Source: a virus
Lineage: Duplodnaviria > Caudoviricetes
Virus record (IMG/VR): IMGVR_UViG_3300046723_000060
Location: 1-63,745 of that record
Strand: one strand, 5' to 3'
DNA: 63,745 nucleotides
Positions 19,022 through 27,089 of the stretch are shown here, one piece after another. Under the pieces are notes generated by a model, which saw nothing but the letters and a program-made list of their open reading frames with translations, was not told where the DNA came from and ran no database searches. Every line of letters starts with the position of its first letter. Positions within the stretch are counted from its first letter, which is position 1. The translations under genes and the position numbers were made by a program.

Positions 19022-19917
19022 GGTTCCACACCTTCCCACCGCTCAGTCCAAGCTCCCCACCAGATTTCTTCTCGTGTACCACCGTAACGCTTCTTGAATG
19101 CACCTTCCGTATCTCCCCACACACCTCTAGCTGGATCAGCCCATGGGTTCACTGACTGGTTGTGCAAGTGGATGAACGGAAAGTTAGTCACGGCATACAC
19201 TGGCGGTAGCTTACGAAGGAAACATTCGGTCGGGTACTCGCTGTCGTAGAAGATGCCGTCGTGTTCGTTGAAACGACCTACCTGTTCCCATATGGCGATA
19301 GGGATGATTTGGCCCGTGGGCCCCAACCTGTTCCACTTGGCTATCTTGTTGGGACCTTCGTAACGGAACCAGAAAGAGCGGCCGGGAGGACAGATGTCCT
19401 GACCGTCGAAGGCAACTGTGGAGTAAGCCTCTTTAAGATATTCCCATAGAGAAGGATCCTCCATGTCCTCCCTATCCCACTCTTGTGGAGAGCGGCGCAT
19501 GTCTACCGTGGGAGTGAGTGTCTCGAAGTGACTGAAACGTAGGCCAGAGGATTGAGCTAGTAAGGGATGCTCAAACCACTGAGAGATAGAGTGTTGGTGC
19601 TCAGGTAGAGGAGAGAAGACTAGGTCGTCTTGGAAGAGGCAGGCGTAGTCGAATCCAATGCCCTGCATCCACTCTATGGCTTTATTAAGTCCACCATTCA
19701 CAAAGCCATTGTGAGCATCAAGCCCCTTAACGTAAATGTTCGGCATTTCTTTTTGCAACTCATCAAGCTGCGGAGTGACTAACATGCGATAGGTAACAGT
19801 TGACCTGTCGAGTTGAATGTAGATACCAACTCCAGGTTCCATCTTCCTGAGTGACCTAACACAACGCAGGAGCTTGTTACCACCTGTTGAGGCGATGACG
19901 ACGCCAACCTTGTTCAC
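19018..19917 (-). CDS. GT2-like (GT-A) glycosyltransferase
   Basis: VGVVIAS, NGFVNGGLNKAI, LFQDD, VGRFNE..FYDSEY. Confidence 0.75.
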   Translation of the reverse strand: MNKVGVVIASTGGNKLLRCVRSLRKMEPGVGIYIQLDRSTVTYRMLVTPQLDELQKEMPNIYVKGLDAHNGFVNGGLNKAIEWMQGIGFDYACLFQDDLVFSPLPEHQHSISQWFEHPLLAQSSGLRFSHFETLTPTVDMRRSPQEWDREDMEDPSLWEYLKEAYSTVAFDGQDICPPGRSFWFRYEGPNKIAKWNRLGPTGQIIPIAIWEQVGRFNEHDGIFYDSEYPTECFLRKLPPVYAVTNFPFIHLHNQSVNPWADPARGVWGDTEGAFKKRYGGTREEIWWGAWTERWEGVEP

Positions 19918-20438
19918 AGTTCCATCCCTTTGAATATCACCCCGATACCGCCTACGTTCAGGTCGCCATTCGTTCCCGACCCACGTTGCCATTGCTCACC
20001 CGATGCCGGATCACGAGCGATAATCTCTACTGATGGATACTGGCGCTTCACTTCTCCCCAAAGTTGATTTACACCGTGCATCAGGATGTCATGGAAGCCG
20101 ATGAGCTTGGTAGCTGCGGGATACCACATATCGAAGTCCTGATAGACGGCGCCATACTCGTGGTCGGCGTCGATGAACACACAGTCCGGTGGACCGCCTA
20201 GGTATTCAAGGACTTGGTGTAAGGTCTCAAGGGAGTGCGAGTCGTTCTGGATATGGTGGATGCCCGGCAGACCGTTCGGCAGCACGTCTACTGTCACTAC
20301 CTTTATCCCGGCTTGCGCGTGCTCCCAGCTCGACCCGACTCCCAACTCGACGTAGGTCTTGATGCCCATACCGAGGCATAGGCTGACCCAAGAGTGGTAT
20401 TCGGGGATACGTTGATTAGAGCCTCGATAGATGGTCAC
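19914..20438 (-). CDS. Class I SAM methyltransferase (Methyltransf_24-like)
   Basis: YVELGVG, VFIDADHEY, GFHDI; GTG start with GGAGG RBS. Confidence 0.8.
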   Translation of the reverse strand: MTIYRGSNQRIPEYHSWVSLCLGMGIKTYVELGVGSSWEHAQAGIKVVTVDVLPNGLPGIHHIQNDSHSLETLHQVLEYLGGPPDCVFIDADHEYGAVYQDFDMWYPAATKLIGFHDILMHGVNQLWGEVKRQYPSVEIIARDPASGEQWQRGSGTNGDLNVGGIGVIFKGMEL

Positions 20439-21558
20439 TGACCGCCTCCACTGCGTTTTCCATTCCTTTACCGTAGTTCCTGAACATTCGCATGGTTGGA
20501 TAGAACGGATGATCGTCACGATGGATAGGGTATTGCCATGCTGAGTTACCGGGGAGGACGACCCATGTTGGTACACCCATGGCGGCTGAGAGGTGAGCTA
20601 CGCCTGTGTCTACGCTGACTACCATATCGCACGTTGCGATCGCTTTAGCCGTATCGAGCCAGTTCTCAATTACAGGATTGTCGCACTCCTTCGGTAGCTC
20701 ATGTTTGTAGTTCAGGTTGACCCACTGATGCTTCCTGTCCATGGAATTGAGGACGGACTGGAGCTGGCTGGCGTGCATGGAACGGCATTTAGTGGGAGAC
20801 ATGCCTTCGCCGGCGAGAGCGCAGATACCAACACGCAAAGGTCGGTCATTGATTGTCCTTCTAGTTGGAAAGTTTATATAAGGATCCTTGAATGGACTCC
20901 AATTCTCGAACGTCACACCGAGCTTGTACGGTAGCGTAAGAATAGAAGTGTGGTAGTCATAATCGTGGAACTTAAAGTCCGCATTGCCGCCCCAGTTCTC
21001 GATGGCGTGGTAACCCATGTGCTCGATGAGCGGCGCCAGACCGGGCTGGCAGACGTAGGATATCTTGGCTCCACAAGAACGTAACGTTCCCATCCACCGC
21101 ATGAAGTAGAACTGGTCGCCGTAACCTTCGCCCTCAATCACCAGAATGCGCTTGCCTGCAAGAAGTTGATCTTTCCACTCAGGAATGAAGTCCTTCAGTT
21201 GCGATCGCAGGTTGACATCCTGCAAATACAATGGCCAGCCACGGGTGAGGTCGCCTACTCGCAGCAGTGCCCTGCCATAATGTCCAGCGGCTCGCTTATC
21301 ACCGGGACCCAAATGCCATGCTTCAGCTGCACAAGGCAGAGCTTCGTCGAACCGGCCTAAACCCTCAAGAATGATGCTCATATTGAGCAATGTAGGAATG
21401 GTTCTGGCTATCTGCAGGGCCTTCTCAGCGATAGGCAGCGCTTGCTCGAACATACCTTTGTTGTAGAGTTCGGAGGAGATATTCTGGAATTCGGTCTCAG
21501 GGCCGACAGGGTCTACTGGTTCAGGCTCTCTAGCGAATGGATTCAGGGTGAGGATCAC
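20416..21558 (-). CDS. TPR-repeat GT9-like glycosyltransferase
   Basis: TPR-like helices followed by EGYGDQFYFMRW and VVSVDTGVAHLSAAMGVPTW. Confidence 0.85.
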   Translation of the reverse strand: MILTLNPFAREPEPVDPVGPETEFQNISSELYNKGMFEQALPIAEKALQIARTIPTLLNMSIILEGLGRFDEALPCAAEAWHLGPGDKRAAGHYGRALLRVGDLTRGWPLYLQDVNLRSQLKDFIPEWKDQLLAGKRILVIEGEGYGDQFYFMRWMGTLRSCGAKISYVCQPGLAPLIEHMGYHAIENWGGNADFKFHDYDYHTSILTLPYKLGVTFENWSPFKDPYINFPTRRTINDRPLRVGICALAGEGMSPTKCRSMHASQLQSVLNSMDRKHQWVNLNYKHELPKECDNPVIENWLDTAKAIATCDMVVSVDTGVAHLSAAMGVPTWVVLPGNSAWQYPIHRDDHPFYPTMRMFRNYGKGMENAVEAVSDHLSRL

Positions 21559-21695
21559 TTGTCTTTTTTCGGCGGCCTGCCGCCCTTTCTCGCCCACTTT
21601 ACCAGCGTGGCCTTATCATACTTTGCGGCACGAGCCTTACCGCCCTTGCTGCCCATCCACTTCAAAAACTCGCGTATTGACCTTGTTTTTTTCAC
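21555..21695 (-). CDS. 46-aa basic KGG-motif protein, possibly leaderless (not in the ORF track)
   Basis: Manual translation MKKTRSIREFLKWMGSKGGKARAAKYDKATLVKWARKGGRPPKKDK; GTG start lies just below a predicted -10. Confidence 0.55.
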   Translation of the reverse strand: MKKTRSIREFLKWMGSKGGKARAAKYDKATLVKWARKGGRPPKKDK

Positions 21696-21703
21696 AAGGA
21701 TAG

Positions 21704-21732
21704 CTTATATAACTTACCTGTAAGATTGTCAA
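21704..21732 (-). promoter_or_regulatory. Sigma70-like promoter ahead of the glycosylation cluster
   Basis: TTGACA-17 bp-TATAAG in an AT-rich gap. Confidence 0.55.
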
Positions 21733-21765
21733 CGGTAAAAAGAGAGGTATTACTGTGGATAAATC

Positions 21766-22782
21766 CTAATACTGACCACCGTATACTGTGGAAACTCCCA
21801 AGAGAGTATTGTAGGCTCCATAGTTCTGACCCATCCAGTTGATACCACGGATGCTGAACCAGGCGTCTACGAAATCCTTATCCTGCTGGCGATACTTGGT
21901 CATACGGTCTTTGTACTCGGCTTGTGCGGCTCCCATGAGGAAGCGGAAGTCAGGCCCAGTCGATCGTGGTGAGAGATCCTTATTCGCTTCAGCCCATTCG
22001 TAAGCGTACATTCTGGCTCGAGCGATGACGCAATCTTCGCCTACTTGAACTGGTAATGTGTCAGTAGGGTTGACTAGATCGTCTCCGCGACGGCGACCGT
22101 AAGTAGCGTAGACAAAAGGATTGACTGGCTGGCCCCAGAGCTCAAATAGAGGATAGCCTAGAGTTGCGCTGGCATTATCCGTACCTTGGCCTCTAGCGTC
22201 GATCATGTACGGCACAACCTGAGACGGAAACTGGTAGATAGACCGTTGCGGGTCGATCATATCGAGTTCCGCTCGTTCCATGGTTATGCCTAGCCACATG
22301 TACATGGACATGTTACGGACGGAGATCCATGTCTTGTGATCCTTGAACTGAGCTGGATAGTAGAGCTGGTAGAGCTGGTAGGAGATGTTAGTGCCAGAGT
22401 TGTCGTAGAAGGTGCGGTCTAGAGTAGCGGCACCTGTAATCTGATCATACTGGATTAAGTTATAGATTTGACTGACACCTGACGAGGTACCAGGACGTAG
22501 CTGGCGCTGGGTGATCAGCGAGGTAGGACAGTCAAGTTGAGATTGGTTGATAGCGGCTACAGCGGCAGCATCGAACTGAACGGTATCTGAGCCTAGTACT
22601 ACGGTAACGGTACCTGTGGTAACTACAGACGGGCTGCGCCATGAGGATTCATATAACTGGAAGGACCAGATATCAGAATCCCTGATGACTCCCCAAGCAC
22701 GATTTATCAGGGTGCCTGTAAAACTAAAAGGTAGTTTGGGTACAGCGCCCCTTAATTCGGCCTGCATGTTTTGAAACGCCAC
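21766..22782 (-). CDS. Head completion/adaptor protein
   Basis: LINRAW..I.....WSF adaptor-like N-terminus; lies downstream of the capsid genes. Confidence 0.55.
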   Translation of the reverse strand: MAFQNMQAELRGAVPKLPFSFTGTLINRAWGVIRDSDIWSFQLYESSWRSPSVVTTGTVTVVLGSDTVQFDAAAVAAINQSQLDCPTSLITQRQLRPGTSSGVSQIYNLIQYDQITGAATLDRTFYDNSGTNISYQLYQLYYPAQFKDHKTWISVRNMSMYMWLGITMERAELDMIDPQRSIYQFPSQVVPYMIDARGQGTDNASATLGYPLFELWGQPVNPFVYATYGRRRGDDLVNPTDTLPVQVGEDCVIARARMYAYEWAEANKDLSPRSTGPDFRFLMGAAQAEYKDRMTKYRQQDKDFVDAWFSIRGINWMGQNYGAYNTLLGVSTVYGGQY

Positions 22783-22806
22783 GCAGAACCTCCTATGGAG
22801 CGTGTC

Positions 22807-23172
22807 TTAGACACAGAATAGCTGAACACGGAAGCTGAATGTGGATAAGTTGGTTGAAGCAGCGGCTTCCGTGCCTACCGTCTGAGATTGGCCACCTGAG
22901 GTCACCGTTGCAGTTGCATAGGGCCTGAAAATGACCGAAGGGACCGCGTTGCCTGACCCGCCAAGGTTGTATTGGGTGTTGAGCTCGAAAGCGTTGGTCG
23001 TATCGAGAGAAGCATCGCAAAACTCGAAGCCACCGACACCAAGTGAGGCCGCAGTCAGTACCATTCCAGTCGTGCGGGAGTAGCTCGCTGGACCTGTAAT
23101 GTCCACCGTGATGAGCATTTTGTTGCCCAACTGGATGTTGGAGACAAGAGAGATACCTAGCTTGAAAGCCAT
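22807..23172 (-). CDS. Virion structural/decoration protein
   Basis: DITGPASY..TG..LTAASLG and TEAAASTNLST motifs; gene position. Confidence 0.6.
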   Translation of the reverse strand: MAFKLGISLVSNIQLGNKMLITVDITGPASYSRTTGMVLTAASLGVGGFEFCDASLDTTNAFELNTQYNLGGSGNAVPSVIFRPYATATVTSGGQSQTVGTEAAASTNLSTFSFRVQLFCV

Positions 23173-23187
23173 TCAGTTCCTCCCTTT

Positions 23188-23865
23188 TTAGATACGGCCG
23201 CAGAAGTTTCCGCGGGTGATGATGACGCTGGAAATCGTTGAGATGACTGGAGTGCCGATAGCCACGCCCAAGACGTTAGACAGAGTGACCGTGGTCAGGG
23301 CTACGCCAGCATCAAAGGTTGAAGCGGTGGTAGCGGAGACTTTGGAGCTGACTGTAGTCGCCAAGGCGGTAGAGGTCAGGGAGTTGTCGAACAGAACTGA
23401 CGCTACGCCTGCGACCTGGATCCAGCCGAAGTTGCCCTTGACGAGAGCTACGCCCGTGCCCGATGACGTGGTTGGGTTAATGAATACGCCGGCGATGTAG
23501 GCTGGCAAGAGAGTGTTAGGCTGAACGTCTGAGGTAACTGTGTAAGACTGCGTTGCGCCACCGGGAAGGTCAGAGATGCGCCAGAAAGCGCAAGTACCAC
23601 GAGCCGGCGATGCCGTGGCGGTAGCCAGAGTGCCGACGTACATGTAGACGCCGCCGTAGAGAGTACCAACGGTAGTGTCTGATAGCGCCAGAGCTCCAAC
23701 GTCGTCAACCACGATACGGTCACCGGGAATCGTAGCGCTTATTGCCGCTGACGGTACGCCTGATGGAGCTGAAACTACCGCTCCACCGGACGTTGCGTCA
23801 TTGACATCGTTCAGGAACTTTGCGGTGAGTTGGTCCGCTTGCTTCGTGAGCATTCCGCCTGCCAT
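23188..23865 (-). CDS. Capsid cement/decoration protein
   Basis: Directly after the MCP; GVYMYV, AGVFIN, GNFGWIQVAG.ASV. Confidence 0.6.
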   Translation of the reverse strand: MAGGMLTKQADQLTAKFLNDVNDATSGGAVVSAPSGVPSAAISATIPGDRIVVDDVGALALSDTTVGTLYGGVYMYVGTLATATASPARGTCAFWRISDLPGGATQSYTVTSDVQPNTLLPAYIAGVFINPTTSSGTGVALVKGNFGWIQVAGVASVLFDNSLTSTALATTVSSKVSATTASTFDAGVALTTVTLSNVLGVAIGTPVISTISSVIITRGNFCGRI

Positions 23866-23892
23866 GGTGTGTCTCCTTTATCCCAATCTCAC

Positions 23893-25035
23893 TTAGAATC
23901 CTGCGCCGACCAACTGCCAGTTGTCGCGTGGTTGAACGGTATATAGGTTGAGGCCGGCTTTCAGGAACATCACCACGAGGTCAGCGTTGGTTTGGCTCCT
24001 GATCGGTGGCGTAAAGTTGAAGTTATACTCTGGGTCGCTGGCTGGACGGAGCTTCCATCCCTTGACTCGCAGCCAGAAGAATGGCTCGCCGGGAGTACAG
24101 GAAGTTGCGCTCGGATAGTTCGAGATAGCAGCCTGAGTCGTGCTCAAAGTCGGTGTGGTGAAAGCCGTAGGCTTAATGGAGGTCGTCTGGCTCAGGTTAG
24201 ACGGCAGGATAGTGCCGTACTTGGTCGAAGGTGCCAGTTTATCCACGAAGATCGTACCGTCAAGGACCTTGAGGCCGCTGACGCCGATAGACAGGTCCTG
24301 AACCATCTCGAAACGTTGTTTCGGTTCCTGACGCTCGGCTAGGTAGCTGAACAGAGCCTTGTTGCAAAGCCCGATGTCAGGAGGCTGTACGCAGTTCTGA
24401 TAGGCTTCAAAGACTGTTTTGTAAGTGATCTGTCCAGTGTTGCCGGAAGAGTCGCCTACCCATGTCGGAACTGAGTTTAGCACGTTACCGATGGCGCCGT
24501 TGCGTGACTGGCCACCGTAAGTGGTGAATACGTTGCCGTCCCAAGATGGGTTGACGCCATCGTTCAAGGCTTCAGACAGGCCATTGATAAAGATCAGGCG
24601 GTTGGAGCCGGAGATGTTCTGACCATGACGGTAGAAGTCGATGGCGACGTCGGTATTGAGCGCCTGAACTGCGTTCTGCATGTAAGCGTCGATCAGCTTC
24701 ACCTTTACCGCGGGACCGCTGCCCTGGATTACGTTGGTCTGCCAGAGGTTCAGCGGCACCTGTTCCACGTATTCCTTGGGAACGAAGGCGGTAGCCGCGA
24801 TGATCTGCTTCTGCATGACCGTTACATCGGAGCCGGGAGCGATGGCGCCGCCGTTTACACGGTCATACATGAAGGGATCCTGCATGAACGTGCCGCCGGC
24901 AAAGTCTTCTAAAGCTCCCATGGCACGCATCTTACGCATCCAGGGAGTTTCGACGAAGAAGTTATCGACGAGGACGTCGTCCTTCAAATCAGCGAGTGTG
25001 GTTGCTGAGATTTGATCAAATGTTGGGTCAGCCAT
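23893..25035 (-). CDS. Major capsid protein
   Basis: 380 aa, follows the scaffold; ATTL.DL....VDNFF...P N-terminus; strong AGGAG RBS. Confidence 0.8.
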   Translation of the reverse strand: MADPTFDQISATTLADLKDDVLVDNFFVETPWMRKMRAMGALEDFAGGTFMQDPFMYDRVNGGAIAPGSDVTVMQKQIIAATAFVPKEYVEQVPLNLWQTNVIQGSGPAVKVKLIDAYMQNAVQALNTDVAIDFYRHGQNISGSNRLIFINGLSEALNDGVNPSWDGNVFTTYGGQSRNGAIGNVLNSVPTWVGDSSGNTGQITYKTVFEAYQNCVQPPDIGLCNKALFSYLAERQEPKQRFEMVQDLSIGVSGLKVLDGTIFVDKLAPSTKYGTILPSNLSQTTSIKPTAFTTPTLSTTQAAISNYPSATSCTPGEPFFWLRVKGWKLRPASDPEYNFNFTPPIRSQTNADLVVMFLKAGLNLYTVQPRDNWQLVGAGF

Positions 25036-25063
25036 CGTTGCTCTCCTATAAACTCACTGATAC

Positions 25064-25903
25064 TTAATTCTTGAAATCTCCACTCGTTTGCCGCTCTACT
25101 AATCTCTGCGCTGCACGAGAGACGCGATCGTTCTGCAGCTGAGTCTCGCTCTTGTTCCAAGGCTGGTTATCGCTACGCAGCTTGTCGTCGGGACGGACGG
25201 CGAAAGGAGACTTAGAGGGCAGCATGGGACGAGTCTCGGGATTGCCGAACCTTGAGACCAGTTCCGTTTCCTTTTCCTTGGCGCCTTCGGCTTTCCACTT
25301 GGCTATTTCAGCGTCGCGTTGTTTCTGGGCGGCTTGCTCACGGGCCTCACGAACCTTGAACTTCTCTTCCCAGTAAGGAAGCAATGTCTTGCCAGCGGCT
25401 TGAGCTTCACGGCGGAGTTGTTCAGCGTTAAACGGCTGGCCGGGGAAGAGTCGGGCATGTTCGTTAGCGGCGTCGAGTAATCCTGCGAGGTTAGCGGCGA
25501 AAGCGTCACCAGCTTGCTGGAACTTGTCCATGGTGAGGTAACGGTCGTCGGGAGCGGCTGCCGCAGGCTTCGGTGGCTCAGGGTCATAACCCAAGTCTTT
25601 TGTCACATCGATAAGACCTTGACGATTAGCTTCAAGCAGAGCAGCCTTGGCACGGGCAGCTTCAGCAGCAGAAGCTATGGCTTGATTCTGTACCTGTTTG
25701 AGCTTGCTATCGTTCTCGGTGTACCAGGACTGTACGCGAGCTTCGTAGTTCTTCATGGTCTCTTCGAGCTTGACTGCGGCTTGGCGAGCTTCTTCAGCAT
25801 CAGCTTGAGACTTATCGAATGCACGGCGAGAGACAACCGTGTCTAAAACCTTGATCTCATCATCTGTGGCCCCGTTAGCCTTCAAATACTCTGCGTAAGT
25901 CAT
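25064..25903 (-). CDS. Capsid scaffolding protein
   Basis: Helical, Ala/Glu/Lys-rich; directly upstream of the MCP; RBS GGAGGCAAAC before ATG 25903. Confidence 0.6.
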   Translation of the reverse strand: MTYAEYLKANGATDDEIKVLDTVVSRRAFDKSQADAEEARQAAVKLEETMKNYEARVQSWYTENDSKLKQVQNQAIASAAEAARAKAALLEANRQGLIDVTKDLGYDPEPPKPAAAAPDDRYLTMDKFQQAGDAFAANLAGLLDAANEHARLFPGQPFNAEQLRREAQAAGKTLLPYWEEKFKVREAREQAAQKQRDAEIAKWKAEGAKEKETELVSRFGNPETRPMLPSKSPFAVRPDDKLRSDNQPWNKSETQLQNDRVSRAAQRLVERQTSGDFKN

Positions 25904-25914
25904 GTTTGCCTCCA

Positions 25915-26229
25915 CTATCCGTTACTGGGCGGTGCCATTGGTTCGCCCGTTGGTGCTGATTGCATCATTCCTGCTACAACCTCGCGCATCAGGTTGTTAA
26001 TCTCACTTACCTTGGCCGATGTGGCTGGAAAGGCTTTAGCAATTGCTCGCAGGTCGCTCACTACCCTGATGGCCAGTTGTGTACCATTCTGCATCGCTGG
26101 ACTGGGTACGGGTGGCGCAGGACTGGCTGCGGTAGGCGTAGTCGGATTAACCTGAGCCGGAGAAGGTGGATTCCCAGGATCTCCCCCTGCACTTGGGGGC
26201 GGAGTCATCGCAACTGGGCTAGCCGCCAT
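25915..26229 (-). CDS. Pro-rich hypothetical protein
   Basis: ORF packed between neighbours. Confidence 0.55.
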   Translation of the reverse strand: MAASPVAMTPPPSAGGDPGNPPSPAQVNPTTPTAASPAPPVPSPAMQNGTQLAIRVVSDLRAIAKAFPATSAKVSEINNLMREVVAGMMQSAPTGEPMAPPSNG

Positions 26230-26384
26230 TACGCTTTCTTATGCGCCTGTTTCTTACCCTTGCCGAGCTTGGGCAAAGTCATCGAGTCGGGCTTCATGTC
26301 CGACTTCATCTTGAGCTTGGAGCCGGAACCGCCAATCTTTGCTAGGTTGCCAGCGAATCCGCCTGATTTACTGTGTCCGCGCAT
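26229..26384 (-). CDS. 51-aa Lys/Gly-rich protein (not in the ORF track)
   Basis: MRGHSKSGGFAGNLAKIGGSGSKLKMKSDMKPDSMTLPKLGKGKKQAHKKA; AGGAG RBS. Confidence 0.6.
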   Translation of the reverse strand: MRGHSKSGGFAGNLAKIGGSGSKLKMKSDMKPDSMTLPKLGKGKKQAHKKA

Positions 26385-26398
26385 TCTTGCTTCTCCTG

Positions 26399-26485
26399 TT
26401 ACTTCTTACCGAATTTCTTCCCGTGCTCTTTCTTCTCTTCCTTCTTCTCTTTTTCCTTTTTATCTTTTTTGCCGTGATGCTTCAT
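26399..26485 (-). CDS. 28-aa Lys/Glu-rich peptide (not in the ORF track)
   Basis: MKHHGKKDKKEKEKKEEKKEHGKKFGKK; AAGGAG RBS. Confidence 0.5.
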   Translation of the reverse strand: MKHHGKKDKKEKEKKEEKKEHGKKFGKK

Positions 26486-26516
26486 CGTGGCTCCTTTATG
26501 TCTTGATAGGGCCGTA

Positions 26517-26660
26517 GAAACAAAAAGCCCACTGTCACTAACGCTTGTGTCGTGATCGGAGGCAACCAATCAGGAAGGGCGTTAATAACAGTGGGCCGTA
26601 TCGTGTCTGAAAAATCCCTCGGAGGAAGATTCAGAGGATAACGAATCCTACTGGTGGGAG
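26517..26660 (-). ncRNA. Structured RNA: 18-bp stem with an inner hairpin displaying GGUUGCCUCC, followed by a U-tract
   Basis: 26527-26544 pairs with 26579-26596; both plus-strand C.A mismatches become G-U pairs on the minus strand; UUUUUGUUUC follows. Confidence 0.6.
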
Positions 26661-26689
26661 AGTACAGTAACAGGACTAGGTGTTGTCAA
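26661..26689 (-). promoter_or_regulatory. Possible promoter for the structured RNA or capsid operon
   Basis: Perfect TTGACA at 26689-26684 but only a weak -10 (TGTACT at 17 bp, TACTCT at 19 bp). Confidence 0.35.
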
Positions 26690-26698
26690 GAGAATTCT

Positions 26699-26929
26699 TT
26701 AAGGGTGGACGGAGGAGTAGCGAATGTCCTGTTCTTCCCTGAACCTTACACGGCAGATTCCGCCTTGAGACAGAGCTACTTCAAGTGTTCCCGTAGCTTT
26801 CTCGGTACGCAAGCCGATAAGGATTTGTACGAAGTCGAGTGAGCCTTGGTAGACACGTTCTCTGACGAGATGGTAGGTATCGCGCAACGGAGTTGTCGTC
26901 GTAGTCGTAGAGATGGTTACACTCTTCAA
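26699..26929 (-). CDS. Small hypothetical protein, possibly DUF2292/YezD-like
   Basis: TGTLEVALSQGGICRVR pattern; directly upstream of the structured RNA. Confidence 0.45.
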   Translation of the reverse strand: MKSVTISTTTTTTPLRDTYHLVRERVYQGSLDFVQILIGLRTEKATGTLEVALSQGGICRVRFREEQDIRYSSVHP

Positions 26930-27089
26930 TTGCCGTCCTCACTGCGGGGATGAGTAGCGGGAATGTGCATGACTGATAGAGTGGTATTGCGGGAGTTGAA
27001 GTAACGGTCTACTTCCTCCCGTGTCAGGATGGTAGGGGGAACGGTGGGTAGGATGACGGGATAGAAGTCGTCTACTTGCTTATCGTCCT

